Source of the DNA: an uncultured delta proteobacterium
GTDB taxonomy: Bacteria > Desulfobacterota > Desulfuromonadia > Geobacterales > Pseudopelobacteraceae
DNA: 64,000 nucleotides
Assembly: GCA_963772835.1 (NCBI GenBank)
Contig: CAVYYZ010000008.1
Location: forward strand, 323,652-387,651
Reading direction: 5' to 3'
The notes beneath the pieces were generated by a model that did no database searches, was not told the origin of the DNA, and saw nothing but the letters and a program-made list of their open reading frames with translations. The position numbers and the translations under genes were made by a program. Each line of letters opens with the position of its first letter. Position 1 is the stretch's first letter. This document shows, one piece after another, positions 9,571 through 20,012 of this stretch.

Positions 9571-11082
9571 ATGCTGCTCATATTTCCACCAGTTGCGAAA
9601 GCGTGTGAGCCGCCGGCCGGTATAGCTCGTCTGGCAGCCTCATTGCGGGCATACGACGTGCCGTGTCATCTGCTGGATGCCAATCTGGAAGGTCAACTCT
9701 GGCTTCTGGAGCACCCTCTGCCCGCTGCAGATACCTGGAGCCGGCGGGCAGTTAAGGGGAGTACGCAGAACCTTGTTTCTGTGCGGGACATGGCTGTCTA
9801 CAAGAATCCTGACCGCTATCGCCGGGCGATTAGTGACATTAACCGGGTTCTTGCTATTTCCGCTGCCGATACAGATGTGACGATCGGGCTTGCCGACTAC
9901 CGGCATTCCATTCTTTCGCCATTACGCAGTGCAGACCTGATTTCTGCGGCGCGGCAGTCGGAGCAGAATCCGTTTTTCCCGTATTTCAGCCAACGTCTTC
10001 CGGAGCTTCTCGCCGGTGTATTCACGGTTGGTATTTCGCTCAATTATCTCAGTCAGGCACTTTGTACTTTTGCCATGATCGGCTACCTCAGGAATACGTA
10101 TCCAACAGTACGGATAGTTCTTGGCGGCGGTTTGGTAACCTCCTGGATGCAGCGTCCCGGATGGCGCAACCCTTTTGGAGACATGGTGGATCATCTGGTT
10201 TCAGGGGAAGGTGAGGGAGCGCTATTGACCCTTATGGGAAGCAGTGCCTCACCGACGAGCTTCGTTACCCCCGATTATACAGATCTGCCTCTAAAGGATT
10301 ATTTTTCGCCCGGTCTGATCCTTCCCTACAGTGCCGGCAGTGGTTGCTATTGGAACCGCTGTTCGTTCTGTCCTGAACGGGCCGAAGGAAATGCATACCA
10401 CCCGGTTCCGCCCTCTCGTGTGCTGGCAGACCTGAAGTTTCTGATCGAACAAACGGAGCCGGTTCTCATCCATCTTCTGGATAATGCCGTAAGTCCGGCG
10501 ATGCTGAACGTTCTTACGGAAAGCCCTCCCGGAATCCCATGGTACGGTTTTGCCAGAATTGACGAACATCTGGCAAAACCCGAATTTTGTCGGGCCTTAA
10601 AGCTTTCCGGGTGCGTGATGCTCAAGCTTGGGCTGGAATCGGGCGACCAGAGTGTCCTTGACCGGATGCACAAGGGGGTTGATCTTGAACTGGCCTCGCA
10701 GGTGCTGAATAATCTTAAGGAAGCCGGAATTGCGGTTTACTGCTATTTGTTGTTCGGGACTCCGGGGGAAACGGTAGTAGAGGCTCGTCGGACCCTTGAA
10801 TTTACAGCCCGCCACCATCAGGCGATCACTTTTCTTAACCTGGCGATATTCAATATGCCGCTCTATGGAGACGAGGCTTCGGAATATGGAAATAAACCAT
10901 TCTACGAAGGCGATCTTTCGCTCTACACCTCTTTCCGGCATCCCGGCGGCTGGGAACGCAAACATGTACGTCACTTTCTGGAGAATGAATTCAAGCGTGA
11001 CCCGGACATAGCTGCAATAATCAGGAATGATCCTCCGTATTTCAGCTCAAATCACGCGGCGTTACTCTGTGGTATACAGTAA
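9571..11082 (+). CDS. B12-binding domain radical SAM protein
   Basis: EPPAGIARL; GCYWNRCSFC (CxxxCxxC); LGLESG. Confidence 0.88.
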   Translation: MLLIFPPVAKACEPPAGIARLAASLRAYDVPCHLLDANLEGQLWLLEHPLPAADTWSRRAVKGSTQNLVSVRDMAVYKNPDRYRRAISDINRVLAISAADTDVTIGLADYRHSILSPLRSADLISAARQSEQNPFFPYFSQRLPELLAGVFTVGISLNYLSQALCTFAMIGYLRNTYPTVRIVLGGGLVTSWMQRPGWRNPFGDMVDHLVSGEGEGALLTLMGSSASPTSFVTPDYTDLPLKDYFSPGLILPYSAGSGCYWNRCSFCPERAEGNAYHPVPPSRVLADLKFLIEQTEPVLIHLLDNAVSPAMLNVLTESPPGIPWYGFARIDEHLAKPEFCRALKLSGCVMLKLGLESGDQSVLDRMHKGVDLELASQVLNNLKEAGIAVYCYLLFGTPGETVVEARRTLEFTARHHQAITFLNLAIFNMPLYGDEASEYGNKPFYEGDLSLYTSFRHPGGWERKHVRHFLENEFKRDPDIAAIIRNDPPYFSSNHAALLCGIQ

Positions 11083-11147
11083 ATATCACCTTAACTTTTT
11101 GAAGTTATTGTGTTATATAAGCCACACAACTGTTTGCGGGAGTCAGC

Positions 11148-11483
11148 ATGGAGATTTTTGGCGGTTTCGTGGTAATGATGAGTTTCATCAGCCTGTTCCT
11201 GGCGGTGGTCTGGTTGATCATGCCGTTTGTCGTGTTTGCGATCAAGGGGAAACAGGACCGGACGCTTGAAATCCTTGAATCGATAGAAAAACGACTGGCG
11301 GCCCTTGAGGACCGTATGAAACCGGTTGAGCCGGAGCAGAACAAAACTGATCCGGCCGGACCCCGCACCGCTCCAGCCGAATCAACAATTGAATCATCAC
11401 ATGAACATCCGATTGAAAATGCAGTAACGCTGACTGAATCTGCAGCCGAGAAAAAGGATTCGGAAGCATCATCCGCTGAGTAA
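11148..11483 (+). CDS. Small membrane protein with coiled-coil and disordered tail
   Basis: GGAG RBS; one long hydrophobic helix. Confidence 0.65.
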   Translation: MEIFGGFVVMMSFISLFLAVVWLIMPFVVFAIKGKQDRTLEILESIEKRLAALEDRMKPVEPEQNKTDPAGPRTAPAESTIESSHEHPIENAVTLTESAAEKKDSEASSAE

Positions 11484-11503
11484 GACGTAGAGGAGACAAC
11501 AGA

Positions 11504-12271
11504 ATGTTGTTACGTGGGAAAAAAGTTGTAATTTTTGGTGTTGCAAACGACAAAAGTATAGCCTGGGCGATCGCCCGGCTTTTTCATGAGCAGGGTGCCG
11601 AACTGGCGATTACCTATGCAGGCGAGGCCTTTGAAAAACGGGTCCGGCCACTGGCAGATTCGATTGATGCCGCTGCCATTCTCCCCTGTAATGTTACCTG
11701 TGACGATGAGATAGGATCAGTATTCTCCGAACTGGGCAAGGTCTGGGATGGTGTTGATATCATCATTCATGCGGTCGCTTTCGCAAACAAGGAAGAACTG
11801 AAGGGGACGATTTTAAATACTACGCGGGAAGGATTTGCCACTGCAATGGACATAAGTGTCTACTCATTTCTGGCAATTATGAAAGCTGCTCATCCAATGA
11901 TGCAGGGGAGAGGGGGGTCTGCACTTACTCTCAGTTATTACGGAGCAATGAAGGTGTTCCCGAGCTACAATGTCATGGGCGTTGCCAAAGCAGCCCTTGA
12001 GTCATCTGTACGTTACCTGTCTGAGGCGCTCGGTCCCGAAGGTATCCGGGTCAACGCCATTTCCGCCGGCCCGATCCGTACTCTGGCGGCTGCAGGAGTC
12101 AACGGCTTCCACACTATTCTCAACCACGTCGAGTCCAAAGCCCCGCTGCGGCGAACCATAACCCAGGAAGATGTGGCCAATTCGTCGCTCTATCTCTGCA
12201 GCGACATGGCCAGCGGCGTCAGCGGTGAGATTCATTATGTTGACGGCGGGTACAATATAATTGGATTGTAG
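11504..12271 (+). CDS. fabI: Enoyl-ACP reductase (NADH)
   Basis: GVANDKSIAWAIA, YNVMGVAKAALES, SAGPIRTLAA. Confidence 0.96.
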   Translation: MLLRGKKVVIFGVANDKSIAWAIARLFHEQGAELAITYAGEAFEKRVRPLADSIDAAAILPCNVTCDDEIGSVFSELGKVWDGVDIIIHAVAFANKEELKGTILNTTREGFATAMDISVYSFLAIMKAAHPMMQGRGGSALTLSYYGAMKVFPSYNVMGVAKAALESSVRYLSEALGPEGIRVNAISAGPIRTLAAAGVNGFHTILNHVESKAPLRRTITQEDVANSSLYLCSDMASGVSGEIHYVDGGYNIIGL

Positions 12272-12294
12272 CGTGGAGTTATCCCATTAAAGAA

Positions 12295-13968
12295 GTGTTT
12301 GGTAATCTTGCAGGCCTAAAAGCAAGCCAGATTCAGTCGCTGGAGCGCCTGTACCGCAGGCGCGTACCCGTTGCTGACTTCTGCTCCCATGAACTGGCTA
12401 CCCGTCTCGTCGAACTCTCAATCGAACTCCGTCGTCAAATCGCCATCCTTGTCAACCGTGCAGGCAGCGTGGAATATGTCATTGTCGGCGATGAAAAAGG
12501 GGTGGTAATCCCTGAACTGCGCGATTATCCGCTCGGGAAAAAGGTCATGCGCGGCCTGCGTCTGATTCATACGCACCTGAAAAACGAGCCGGTCTCTGAA
12601 GACGATTTGACCGACCTTTCCCTGCTACGCTTTGACCTGCTCGCCGCCCTGCTGTACCCCCCCGGTAAAAACCAGATATATGCCCAGCTTGCCTGGCTTG
12701 CCCCTGACCAAAGAGGTGCAAGCACGGTGCTGGATCCGATTCTCCCCCTTGAACGAATAGACCTCGACTGCATTCACGTCATCCCTGAACTGGAAGCGGA
12801 CCTGGAAAAAGCTGCCCGGACGGCACCGAAGGGAATAGATGCCCTTGAGAGAGCCATTCTGATCTCCGTCACGACTTCCGGGACCCGTCAGGAAGCGGAG
12901 GATTCGATGGATGAACTTCGTGAACTGGCACGCACCGCCCAGGTGGAGGCACTGGATGAATTCATCCAGCGTCCGAAGACTCTTAACCCCCGCACTCTAA
13001 TGGGGGAGGGGATGATGCGGGATGTGGTCATCAGGGCGATGCAGCGTGGTGCCAGCATGCTGGTTTTCGACCAGGAACTTACTCCGGCCCAGATTCGCTG
13101 CATCTCTGCAATGACGGAACTGAAGGTTATTGATCGGAGTCAGCTGATACTCGATATTTTTGCCCGGCGCGCGAAGACGCTCGATGGCAAGGTGCAGGTC
13201 GAACTGGCACAGCTCAAATATCTCCTGCCCCGTCTCTCCGGTCGAGGTGTGCAGATGTCACGTCTGATGGGAGGGATCGGAGGGCGCGGGCCGGGTGAAA
13301 CCAAGCTGGAGACTGACCGTCGCCGTGTTCGTGACCGGATTACGAGCCTGGAACGCGAACTTAAAGAACTTTCCAAGGGGCGTGACCAGCGGCGAAAACA
13401 GCGGGTCAAAGCAGGGGTGCCGATCATATCAATCGTTGGCTATACCAATGCCGGGAAATCAACTCTGTTGAACGCTCTGACAAAGAGTGACGTTTTTACG
13501 GAGGATCTGCTCTTTGCAACGCTTGATACGTCAACGCGCCGCCTCCGCTTCCCGCGTGAGCGCGAGGTGATCATCACCGACACGGTCGGTTTTATCCGTT
13601 CCCTGCCGAAATCTCTGCTGGGAGCTTTCAAGGCGACTTTGGAAGAAATGCGTGACGCCGACCTTCTGCTGCATGTGGTGGATGCTTCTCATCCCCGTTT
13701 TGAGGATCAAATATCACAGGTACGAACTATTTTGGCGGAATTGGATTTGGGGGAAAAGCAGGAACTGCTGGTGTTTAACAAGTCTGATCTGCTGAATGAT
13801 ATGAAAAAGAAGGATCCGGTGTCATTTATAAAAGTGCGTCAATCAGCCAGGACCCAGAACAGCGTCACGGTGTCAGCCTGTGACCGGAAGAGCCTCAAGC
13901 CTTTGATGGACGAACTGCAGAAACGGTTCTGGCCGGAAGATGAAGAAGTTACTCAAACTGCGCCTTAA
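12295..13968 (+). CDS. hflX: GTPase HflX with N-terminal extension
   Basis: GGRGPGETKLETDRR, GYTNAGKS, LFATLD, DTVGF, NKSD. Confidence 0.95.
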   Translation: MFGNLAGLKASQIQSLERLYRRRVPVADFCSHELATRLVELSIELRRQIAILVNRAGSVEYVIVGDEKGVVIPELRDYPLGKKVMRGLRLIHTHLKNEPVSEDDLTDLSLLRFDLLAALLYPPGKNQIYAQLAWLAPDQRGASTVLDPILPLERIDLDCIHVIPELEADLEKAARTAPKGIDALERAILISVTTSGTRQEAEDSMDELRELARTAQVEALDEFIQRPKTLNPRTLMGEGMMRDVVIRAMQRGASMLVFDQELTPAQIRCISAMTELKVIDRSQLILDIFARRAKTLDGKVQVELAQLKYLLPRLSGRGVQMSRLMGGIGGRGPGETKLETDRRRVRDRITSLERELKELSKGRDQRRKQRVKAGVPIISIVGYTNAGKSTLLNALTKSDVFTEDLLFATLDTSTRRLRFPREREVIITDTVGFIRSLPKSLLGAFKATLEEMRDADLLLHVVDASHPRFEDQISQVRTILAELDLGEKQELLVFNKSDLLNDMKKKDPVSFIKVRQSARTQNSVTVSACDRKSLKPLMDELQKRFWPEDEEVTQTAP

Positions 13969-14602
13969 AATCCACCATCTGCTGCTGTAAAGCGGCTACT
14001 TCACATCGCAGGAGGGCAACCTCCGCCTCAAGTTTCGTAATCCGTTCATTCTCTGCTTCAACCCGTTGTCTGGCGGCCTCGGGTCTTGCTTCAGAGATCT
14101 CCTCTCCAATCTCCGGCATCCCGGAAAACAGATGGCTGTAGCGTCCTTCTTTTCTTCCCGGCTGCCGTGCCATCAGAGTTATCAGCGGGTTTTCCCGCAC
14201 CATTAATTCCTGCAGCACCTCTTCAACAGCTGCCAGATCAGCAAACGGATGCATTCGCTCACCACGGGTACGCAACTCTCCAACGGTTTGAGGCCCTCGC
14301 ACCAGTAGTTCACAGATAACTGCCTGCTCAGACGGCATGAGTCCGAACTTTTCAGCCAGCAGATGGCGATATTTCGGGACGCGTCCGCCATCTGCTGAAA
14401 GTACCACCAGCTGTTTGAACCGGAGCGAATCCAGGGCCCGCACGACGTCCTCTTCTGCAAGTGCCATGACAGGATCGCGATTGGACTTCTGGTTGCAGGC
14501 GTTGGTGAGAGAATTGAGTGACAGAGGATAATACTCCGGCGTAGTCAGATCCTTTTCTATCAGGCTTCCCAGAACACGTGCCTCATTATCGTTAAGGGTC
14601 AT
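13949..14602 (-). CDS. YceH/DUF480 family protein
   Basis: EARVLGSLIEK..TTPEYYPLSLNSLTNACNQKSNRDPVM. Confidence 0.9.
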   Translation of the reverse strand: MTLNDNEARVLGSLIEKDLTTPEYYPLSLNSLTNACNQKSNRDPVMALAEEDVVRALDSLRFKQLVVLSADGGRVPKYRHLLAEKFGLMPSEQAVICELLVRGPQTVGELRTRGERMHPFADLAAVEEVLQELMVRENPLITLMARQPGRKEGRYSHLFSGMPEIGEEISEARPEAARQRVEAENERITKLEAEVALLRCEVAALQQQMVDFKAQFE

Positions 14603-14628
14603 ATCCACTTTGTCACTCCTGCTGTTAC

Positions 14629-14931
14629 TCAATGAAATGTCGGCATCTTTTCCTGGAAAAGTACATATGGGCTGACAACCAGCATGGCAAACTTTTTATG
14701 AATGTCCTCTTCCCATAAACGGATTTTTGAGTCAGATGGTTTGCCGATCATGCCATTTTCAACCAGCTGCTGGATAATCTCTACGTCATCAACGGCAACT
14801 TTATGGGCCGTATCGGCCAGATCAAGAGCATCATCAACGAGTATCAGGCCGCCGCGCTGCATGTGGGCGCGCAGACAGCTCCACTCGGCTTCATCAATTG
14901 TAAGCGCCATTTCTTCTTTGCTTGGTATCAT
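14629..14931 (-). CDS. DUF2288 family protein
   Basis: AEWSCLRAHMQRGGLILVD..VVSPYVLFQ; AGGGAG RBS. Confidence 0.8.
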   Translation of the reverse strand: MIPSKEEMALTIDEAEWSCLRAHMQRGGLILVDDALDLADTAHKVAVDDVEIIQQLVENGMIGKPSDSKIRLWEEDIHKKFAMLVVSPYVLFQEKMPTFH

Positions 14932-15003
14932 CTGAAACTCCCTGTTTATATAAAACAGCTGTAGTTTATAGCATTTCCGCCGCATCCGGTATGATAATTT
15001 TTA

Positions 15004-16005
15004 TCACGCGACGCACACAAAGTCCACGCCTTCCTGCCAGCCATGCAATTCAGCTACACCCCTAAACTGCTCCCGGGCGCCGCGTACACCGATGGCTACG
15101 ATCATTTTTCTGCCGTTGAGTTTAAGCGCATCCGGTGAAATTACCGGCGCATTGTGCAGAATGCGCCCTATCTTTTTCGGGTCAACATCCAGCCAGGTGG
15201 AAACCGTCACATCTGCAGCAGTCAGCAATCGCTGCCAGGCACGTGCTTCCTGCCCGGCGCCGGCGATAACAACGTCATGGGTGCCACGTAGAAAACCCTG
15301 CATCAGATGATGGCATTTGCATGCACGGAATGCGCGTGAAGCATATTCGCCCATGGTGCGGGTGGCACGTTCGGGGTGATCGCGCCAGAACAGGAGTGTG
15401 TCCGGCAGGCGGGCAAACGTTACTCCGGTCGACGCCATGCGCAGCCAGAGATCATAGTCCTCCGGCCAGCAGTTATGATGGTATCCGCCCAGCTTTTCAA
15501 CGATAGCTCTGCGCGTCATGATGGATGGATGGACAAAGGGAGATTCTACATACAGATCCCGGATAATCAGAGCATGTTCCGACAGTCCGTTCTGCCATGT
15601 CTCATAGTCAATCATTCCCTGTTTGAGGCCGGTTCGCGGGAAATGTCTGAAGCCGCTGGCTACAAGACCCGTTTCCGGGTGCGTCTCCAGCCAGGCAGTC
15701 TGCAGCTCCAGTCGACGGGGATGGCAGATATCGTCTCCATCCATCCGGGCCAGAAGAGGTGCCTTGCAGATTTCCAGGCCGGTATTGAGTGCCGCCACGA
15801 GTCCGTGACCTGTATTCATGATTACCTGAACACGGCGGTCTCCACGGGCGGCCGCAGTGAGAATTGACACCGTCCGGTCGTTTGAACCGTCGTCAACAGC
15901 AATTAACTCCCAGCGGTCATAGGACTGGCGATACAGGGAATCCAGCGCAGCCTGAAGGTGGCGTTCTTCATTGCGTATCGGCATGAGGATCGAAATATTC
16001 GGCAT
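15004..16005 (-). CDS. Glycosyltransferase family 2
   Basis: ISILMPIRN, VDDGSND, RMDGDD, EDYDLWLR. Confidence 0.92.
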   Translation of the reverse strand: MPNISILMPIRNEERHLQAALDSLYRQSYDRWELIAVDDGSNDRTVSILTAAARGDRRVQVIMNTGHGLVAALNTGLEICKAPLLARMDGDDICHPRRLELQTAWLETHPETGLVASGFRHFPRTGLKQGMIDYETWQNGLSEHALIIRDLYVESPFVHPSIMTRRAIVEKLGGYHHNCWPEDYDLWLRMASTGVTFARLPDTLLFWRDHPERATRTMGEYASRAFRACKCHHLMQGFLRGTHDVVIAGAGQEARAWQRLLTAADVTVSTWLDVDPKKIGRILHNAPVISPDALKLNGRKMIVAIGVRGAREQFRGVAELHGWQEGVDFVCVA

Positions 16006-16085
16006 TGTTGTATGAAGATCGACTTTCGGGAGTGATGCGTTACGCGGTGATCAACGATAAATAAAGAATGAAATACGGGAATATG

Positions 16086-16301
16086 TCAGGGTGCCAGTGA
16101 CTGCAGCCGCAATGAAACCGGGCGGCGACGTTCGAATCCGTAATACGGCCGTATGGCTGATCGTATGGGGTCTCGCCCAACCATGACCCATCCGGTAGAT
16201 CGTTCAAAAGCGTGTACCTCACCGGAAACGAGCATGTGGTCAAGGACATGGGGAGGGACGGAGTCAGGTTCCTTACAGGCAGTAATAATCGGGATCAGCA
16301 T
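16086..16301 (-). CDS. Small conserved protein, GSU3473-like family
   Basis: MLIPI..FERSTGWVMVGRDPIR..YYGFERRR pattern; GGAG RBS. Confidence 0.65.
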   Translation of the reverse strand: MLIPIITACKEPDSVPPHVLDHMLVSGEVHAFERSTGWVMVGRDPIRSAIRPYYGFERRRPVSLRLQSLAP

Positions 16302-16310
16302 AGCATTCTC

Positions 16311-17120
16311 CTAATAAAAAAGTTTCTTTGGTAAACTCCGCTGGATCGTCTGAAGATACACTTCGGAGTCATTAATCAGTTCCCGTGCAGGATGTGCCAT
16401 CATAAGATCATCAGTCCGATAGGGGACCACAGAGGCCCATAAACCATCACTGCTGGTGTTGCAGGCGCCTTTCCATGGATCAACCGGGCGGTACATGGTC
16501 CCTTCGGCTTTGTAGACACCAAAATGAAGATGCGGAATCTGAGAATTCCCGGAGCTGGCAACATCGCCGAGGCTCTGTCCGCGTATAACCTTCTGTCCGG
16601 GAACAACGGTCAGAGAGCCTTTGCGGAGATGGGCATAGAGAGACAGGTACCGGGTATTGTCAAGAATATGTTCAACAACCACAAAGTTTCCTGCATTAAA
16701 ACCCAGTGTAGCCCCCTTGTCCGTGCCAGACTGAAGCTCGCTTTTTTCCCGTTCGTCGCAGTCGCGCTCAGTATCACTCGGACAATGGTCAAACCGGCCG
16801 TCCTTTATCCAGCGCACCACGCCGTCTGCAGCAGCAAGAGCGTGTACACCCTGTTCGATTGAAGAAACAACTATGTCGGTTCCCTGATGGCCGATATATC
16901 CGGGTTTACTGCACGAGAAAGAGAGCCCGGTGCCGCCCACATCCGGATAGCCGATACGGAAGTGCGAACCTGCACAATCTACCCCCGGGACACAGGAAAT
17001 CGGCCAGCTGAAGCCATGCTCTTCAGCAGCCCCGGCAGGGAAACAGCTGAGAAGGGTGTAGAGAAACAGTATTGAAATTATTTTTATACAAAACATAGCG
17101 GGACGCAATTCACCTGACAC
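16311..17120 (-). CDS. M23 family metallopeptidase, secreted
   Basis: HQGTD, GNFVVVEH, YAHL, PHLHF motifs. Confidence 0.88.
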   Translation of the reverse strand: MSGELRPAMFCIKIISILFLYTLLSCFPAGAAEEHGFSWPISCVPGVDCAGSHFRIGYPDVGGTGLSFSCSKPGYIGHQGTDIVVSSIEQGVHALAAADGVVRWIKDGRFDHCPSDTERDCDEREKSELQSGTDKGATLGFNAGNFVVVEHILDNTRYLSLYAHLRKGSLTVVPGQKVIRGQSLGDVASSGNSQIPHLHFGVYKAEGTMYRPVDPWKGACNTSSDGLWASVVPYRTDDLMMAHPARELINDSEVYLQTIQRSLPKKLFY

Positions 17121-17418
17121 AAATTTTGTAAATCAGTACAATAAAATTAAGCCTAAAGGCTAGCTGCGATGGTCTTTAACTCAAAATAACGGGAATACGG
17201 CTGATCAACCTTCACGCGTGTTGATCGGAGACCACCCGTGATATAATTGCGTAAATAGAGGGTTGTGACAGAGTGACAGTCATACGTAGCGCCTCTGCTG
17301 CATGTAGATGCTGGAGCAAAGCAAGTTTTGTGCCGATAGAAATAGCGGGGCGTGCCGTAATTTATACTTGACGATTGCGCGTGATATGGAGAGGATAAAA
17401 CAATAATTCAGTGAGGAC

Positions 17419-18090
17419 ATGATCTGCATGAGTGGAGCAGCAAACCTTAGCCATTGGACGTTTGACCGCATTGCAGAGAACCTGGCACACCGGGAGAGCG
17501 GGCCTGTCGTTCATTCCGGCGACCGAACCCGCGCATCAGTCGCCATGATACTGAATCAGGGCGCGAATGACATTGAGATTCTCTTTATCCAGCGTGCCGC
17601 ACATGATCTGGACCCCTGGTCAGGTCATATTGCCTTTCCGGGAGGCAAATTGGAAGAGGGTGAGCTTGAGTGCCAGGCGGCCTGTCGGGAAACCCGTGAA
17701 GAAGTCGGGATTGACCTCGGGCAGGGGCGATATCTGGGGAGGTTGTCCGATATCATCGGAACAAATCTACCGGTAAGAGTTTCGTGTTGTCTCTACGGTC
17801 TGGATCGGCGGCACTCCAATCCGGTCCTGAACGAGGAGGTTTGTGATCTTTTCTGGGTTTCTTTGTCCGACCTGTGCAATCCTGACAGTCATATACAAAG
17901 CTGTGTTGCGTTTGATGACAAACGCTTCAATGTACCGGCTATACGCCTTCCCATTGAAAACAAGCCGGTACTCTGGGGGATCACCTACCGCCTGGTGACA
18001 CAATTCATGAATATTATCGAAGCGAAAAGCCGCGGTGAAGAAGGGTACCGCAGGTTGCCGGAAGTAGTTGAAATCAACGAGGAGGAATAA
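17419..18090 (+). CDS. Nudix hydrolase (CoA pyrophosphatase type)
   Basis: WSGHIAFPGG, Nudix box ACRETREEVG, LWGITY. Confidence 0.9.
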   Translation: MICMSGAANLSHWTFDRIAENLAHRESGPVVHSGDRTRASVAMILNQGANDIEILFIQRAAHDLDPWSGHIAFPGGKLEEGELECQAACRETREEVGIDLGQGRYLGRLSDIIGTNLPVRVSCCLYGLDRRHSNPVLNEEVCDLFWVSLSDLCNPDSHIQSCVAFDDKRFNVPAIRLPIENKPVLWGITYRLVTQFMNIIEAKSRGEEGYRRLPEVVEINEEE

Positions 18091-18092
18091 TT

Positions 18093-18608
18093 ATGAATGA
18101 GAAAACAGGAATTATCACGTTCAAAGGTAACCCGATGACCCTGCTTGGGCCGGAGCTCAAGGCAGGGGACGCCGCACCGGATTTTGCCGTTGTCGACAAT
18201 GGCTTGTCCGGAGTATCTCTCTCCGTGTATGCCGGAAAAATCAAGATCATAAGTTCTGTACCTTCGCTTGATACTCCGGTGTGCGACACCGAGACACGCC
18301 GCTTCAATCAGGAGGCCGCAGCATTGCCGGGAGATATCGTCGTGCTGACCGTCAGCCTCGACCTCCCCTTTGCTCAAAAAAGGTGGTGTGGCGCAGGCGG
18401 CATTGATAAGGTCGTCACCCTTTCCGACTATCGCGATCGCTCCTTCGGGCTCGGTTACGGTGTGCTGATCAAGGAATTGATGCTGCTGACCCGTGCGGTT
18501 TTCGTTGTTGATACCACCAACGTTATCCGCTACATCCAGATCGTTCCGGAAGTAACCGGCGAACCGGATTATGAAGCGGCGATTGCAGCCGCCAAAGCAT
18601 TGCTGTAG
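18093..18608 (+). CDS. tpx: Thiol peroxidase
   Basis: SVPSLDTPVC, SLDLPFAQKRWC, EPDYE. Confidence 0.95.
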   Translation: MNEKTGIITFKGNPMTLLGPELKAGDAAPDFAVVDNGLSGVSLSVYAGKIKIISSVPSLDTPVCDTETRRFNQEAAALPGDIVVLTVSLDLPFAQKRWCGAGGIDKVVTLSDYRDRSFGLGYGVLIKELMLLTRAVFVVDTTNVIRYIQIVPEVTGEPDYEAAIAAAKALL

Positions 18609-18622
18609 AGTTGCCCCCGAAC

Positions 18623-18646
18623 CGGGCGCTCCATGCGGAGCGCCCG
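18623..18646. terminator. Hairpin between convergent genes (probable bidirectional terminator)
   Basis: CGGGCGCTCC-ATGC-GGAGCGCCCG; weak U-tracts. Confidence 0.6.
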
Positions 18647-18659
18647 ATATTCAGTGTAA

Positions 18660-19235
18660 TTAACCGGCTATTCTCTTCAGCAGCCATGCCATGTTTTCCC
18701 CCAGTACTTCCATAGTGCGCATTCCTTCTTCGTCATCAAGCACATCGCCGATATTCCGGCCGACGCCAATATTCCAGTAGTTTGAAGCGGGGATAATCAT
18801 CTGGCTTATGCCGAAAAAATGATTGATGGTATCGAATACGTTGATGGCACCGGCCCGGCGTGCTGCCACCACGGCGGCCCCTGCCTTGCGCTTGAGCATA
18901 TCATCATTTGCACGTGATACCATGCCGCACCGGTCTATAAGAGCTTTGGTCTCGGGAGTCAGTGATGCGAAGTACGTAGGAGAACCTATAATGATGCCGT
19001 CGGATTCAATCATCTTTTCAATACAGCTATTGGCGATATCATCGGTGACGGCACAGCGACTGTCCTTCCGGGAGAAACACTGATAACAGGCAATACAGCC
19101 GTGCAGCTTTTCGCCCCCGACCTGAATCAGTTCCGTTGTTATTCCTTCCTTATCGAGCGCGCCGAGGGCGTGTCCGATAAGCAGTGAAGTGTTTCCCCCT
19201 TTGCGTGGACTGCCGTTAAATGCAACTACCTTCAT
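18660..19235 (-). CDS. Iron-sulfur flavoprotein (multimeric flavodoxin/WrbA-like)
   Basis: GSPRKGGNT, CIACYQC..C, GSPTYF. Confidence 0.9.
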   Translation of the reverse strand: MKVVAFNGSPRKGGNTSLLIGHALGALDKEGITTELIQVGGEKLHGCIACYQCFSRKDSRCAVTDDIANSCIEKMIESDGIIIGSPTYFASLTPETKALIDRCGMVSRANDDMLKRKAGAAVVAARRAGAINVFDTINHFFGISQMIIPASNYWNIGVGRNIGDVLDDEEGMRTMEVLGENMAWLLKRIAG

Positions 19236-19428
19236 GGTGGACCTCCAGATCTGTTAATGGTCGTGATGTAGCATTTTGCTGCATATCAGACAATAGTAAT
19301 TACGGCTCAGCTGAATGATTGTGTATTGCTGCTTTGAGACGGGATTGATAATTCCCTGCGTCTGCGTTACACTGCGATGGGCGTACTGCAGGTAACAGTT
19401 AGATTCTCATCATACGAAAACAGAGGAG

Positions 19429-20001
19429 ATGGACATGTCGATTAAAGGCAGGTTTTTTCTGGAACGGGACAAAGCGGTACTGGTCGTGATCGATGTGCAG
19501 GAAAAACTGTGCGTTGCTATGGATGAAAAAGTGCTTCATACGCTGACCAGACATATCGGTATACTTCTGGAAAGTGCTGCGGAGTTGAACATCCCGGTTC
19601 TGGTGACCGAACAGTATGTGAAGGGCCTGGGCCCGACCCTGCCGGAATTGAAGGGAAAGGCGGCACTGGCTCCCTGTTATGAGAAGATGGCATTCAGCTG
19701 CTGCGGCAGCGCGGAGTTTGTCGCAGCACTCACGTCAACCGGCAGAACCCAGGTTATCGTGGTTGGAATGGAAGCTCATGTCTGTGTGCTGCAGACCGTT
19801 ATCGATCTGCGTGAAGCCGGTATGAACGTCCATATAGTGACGGATGCTGTCATGAGCCGCAACAAGCAGAACTGGCGCACCGCCATTCAGGCAATGACCC
19901 TTGCCGGAGCAATCCCGACCAGCACGGAATCGGTGCTGTTTCAATTATTGAAGGTAGCCGGGACGGATGAATTCAAAAAGCTGTCGAAGCTGGTGAGATA
20001 G
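19429..20001 (+). CDS. Isochorismatase family hydrolase
   Basis: VIDVQEKL, TEQYVKGLGPT, EAHVCVLQT. Confidence 0.9.
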   Translation: MDMSIKGRFFLERDKAVLVVIDVQEKLCVAMDEKVLHTLTRHIGILLESAAELNIPVLVTEQYVKGLGPTLPELKGKAALAPCYEKMAFSCCGSAEFVAALTSTGRTQVIVVGMEAHVCVLQTVIDLREAGMNVHIVTDAVMSRNKQNWRTAIQAMTLAGAIPTSTESVLFQLLKVAGTDEFKKLSKLVR

Positions 20002-20012
20002 CGGCACGCCTG

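Noticed and set aside
17165..17240. Known riboswitch (c-di-GMP-I/GEMM, c-di-AMP, fluoride) or hammerhead ribozyme
   Set aside because: The conserved core nucleotides of these classes are not present as I recall them; kept only as an unclassified structure.
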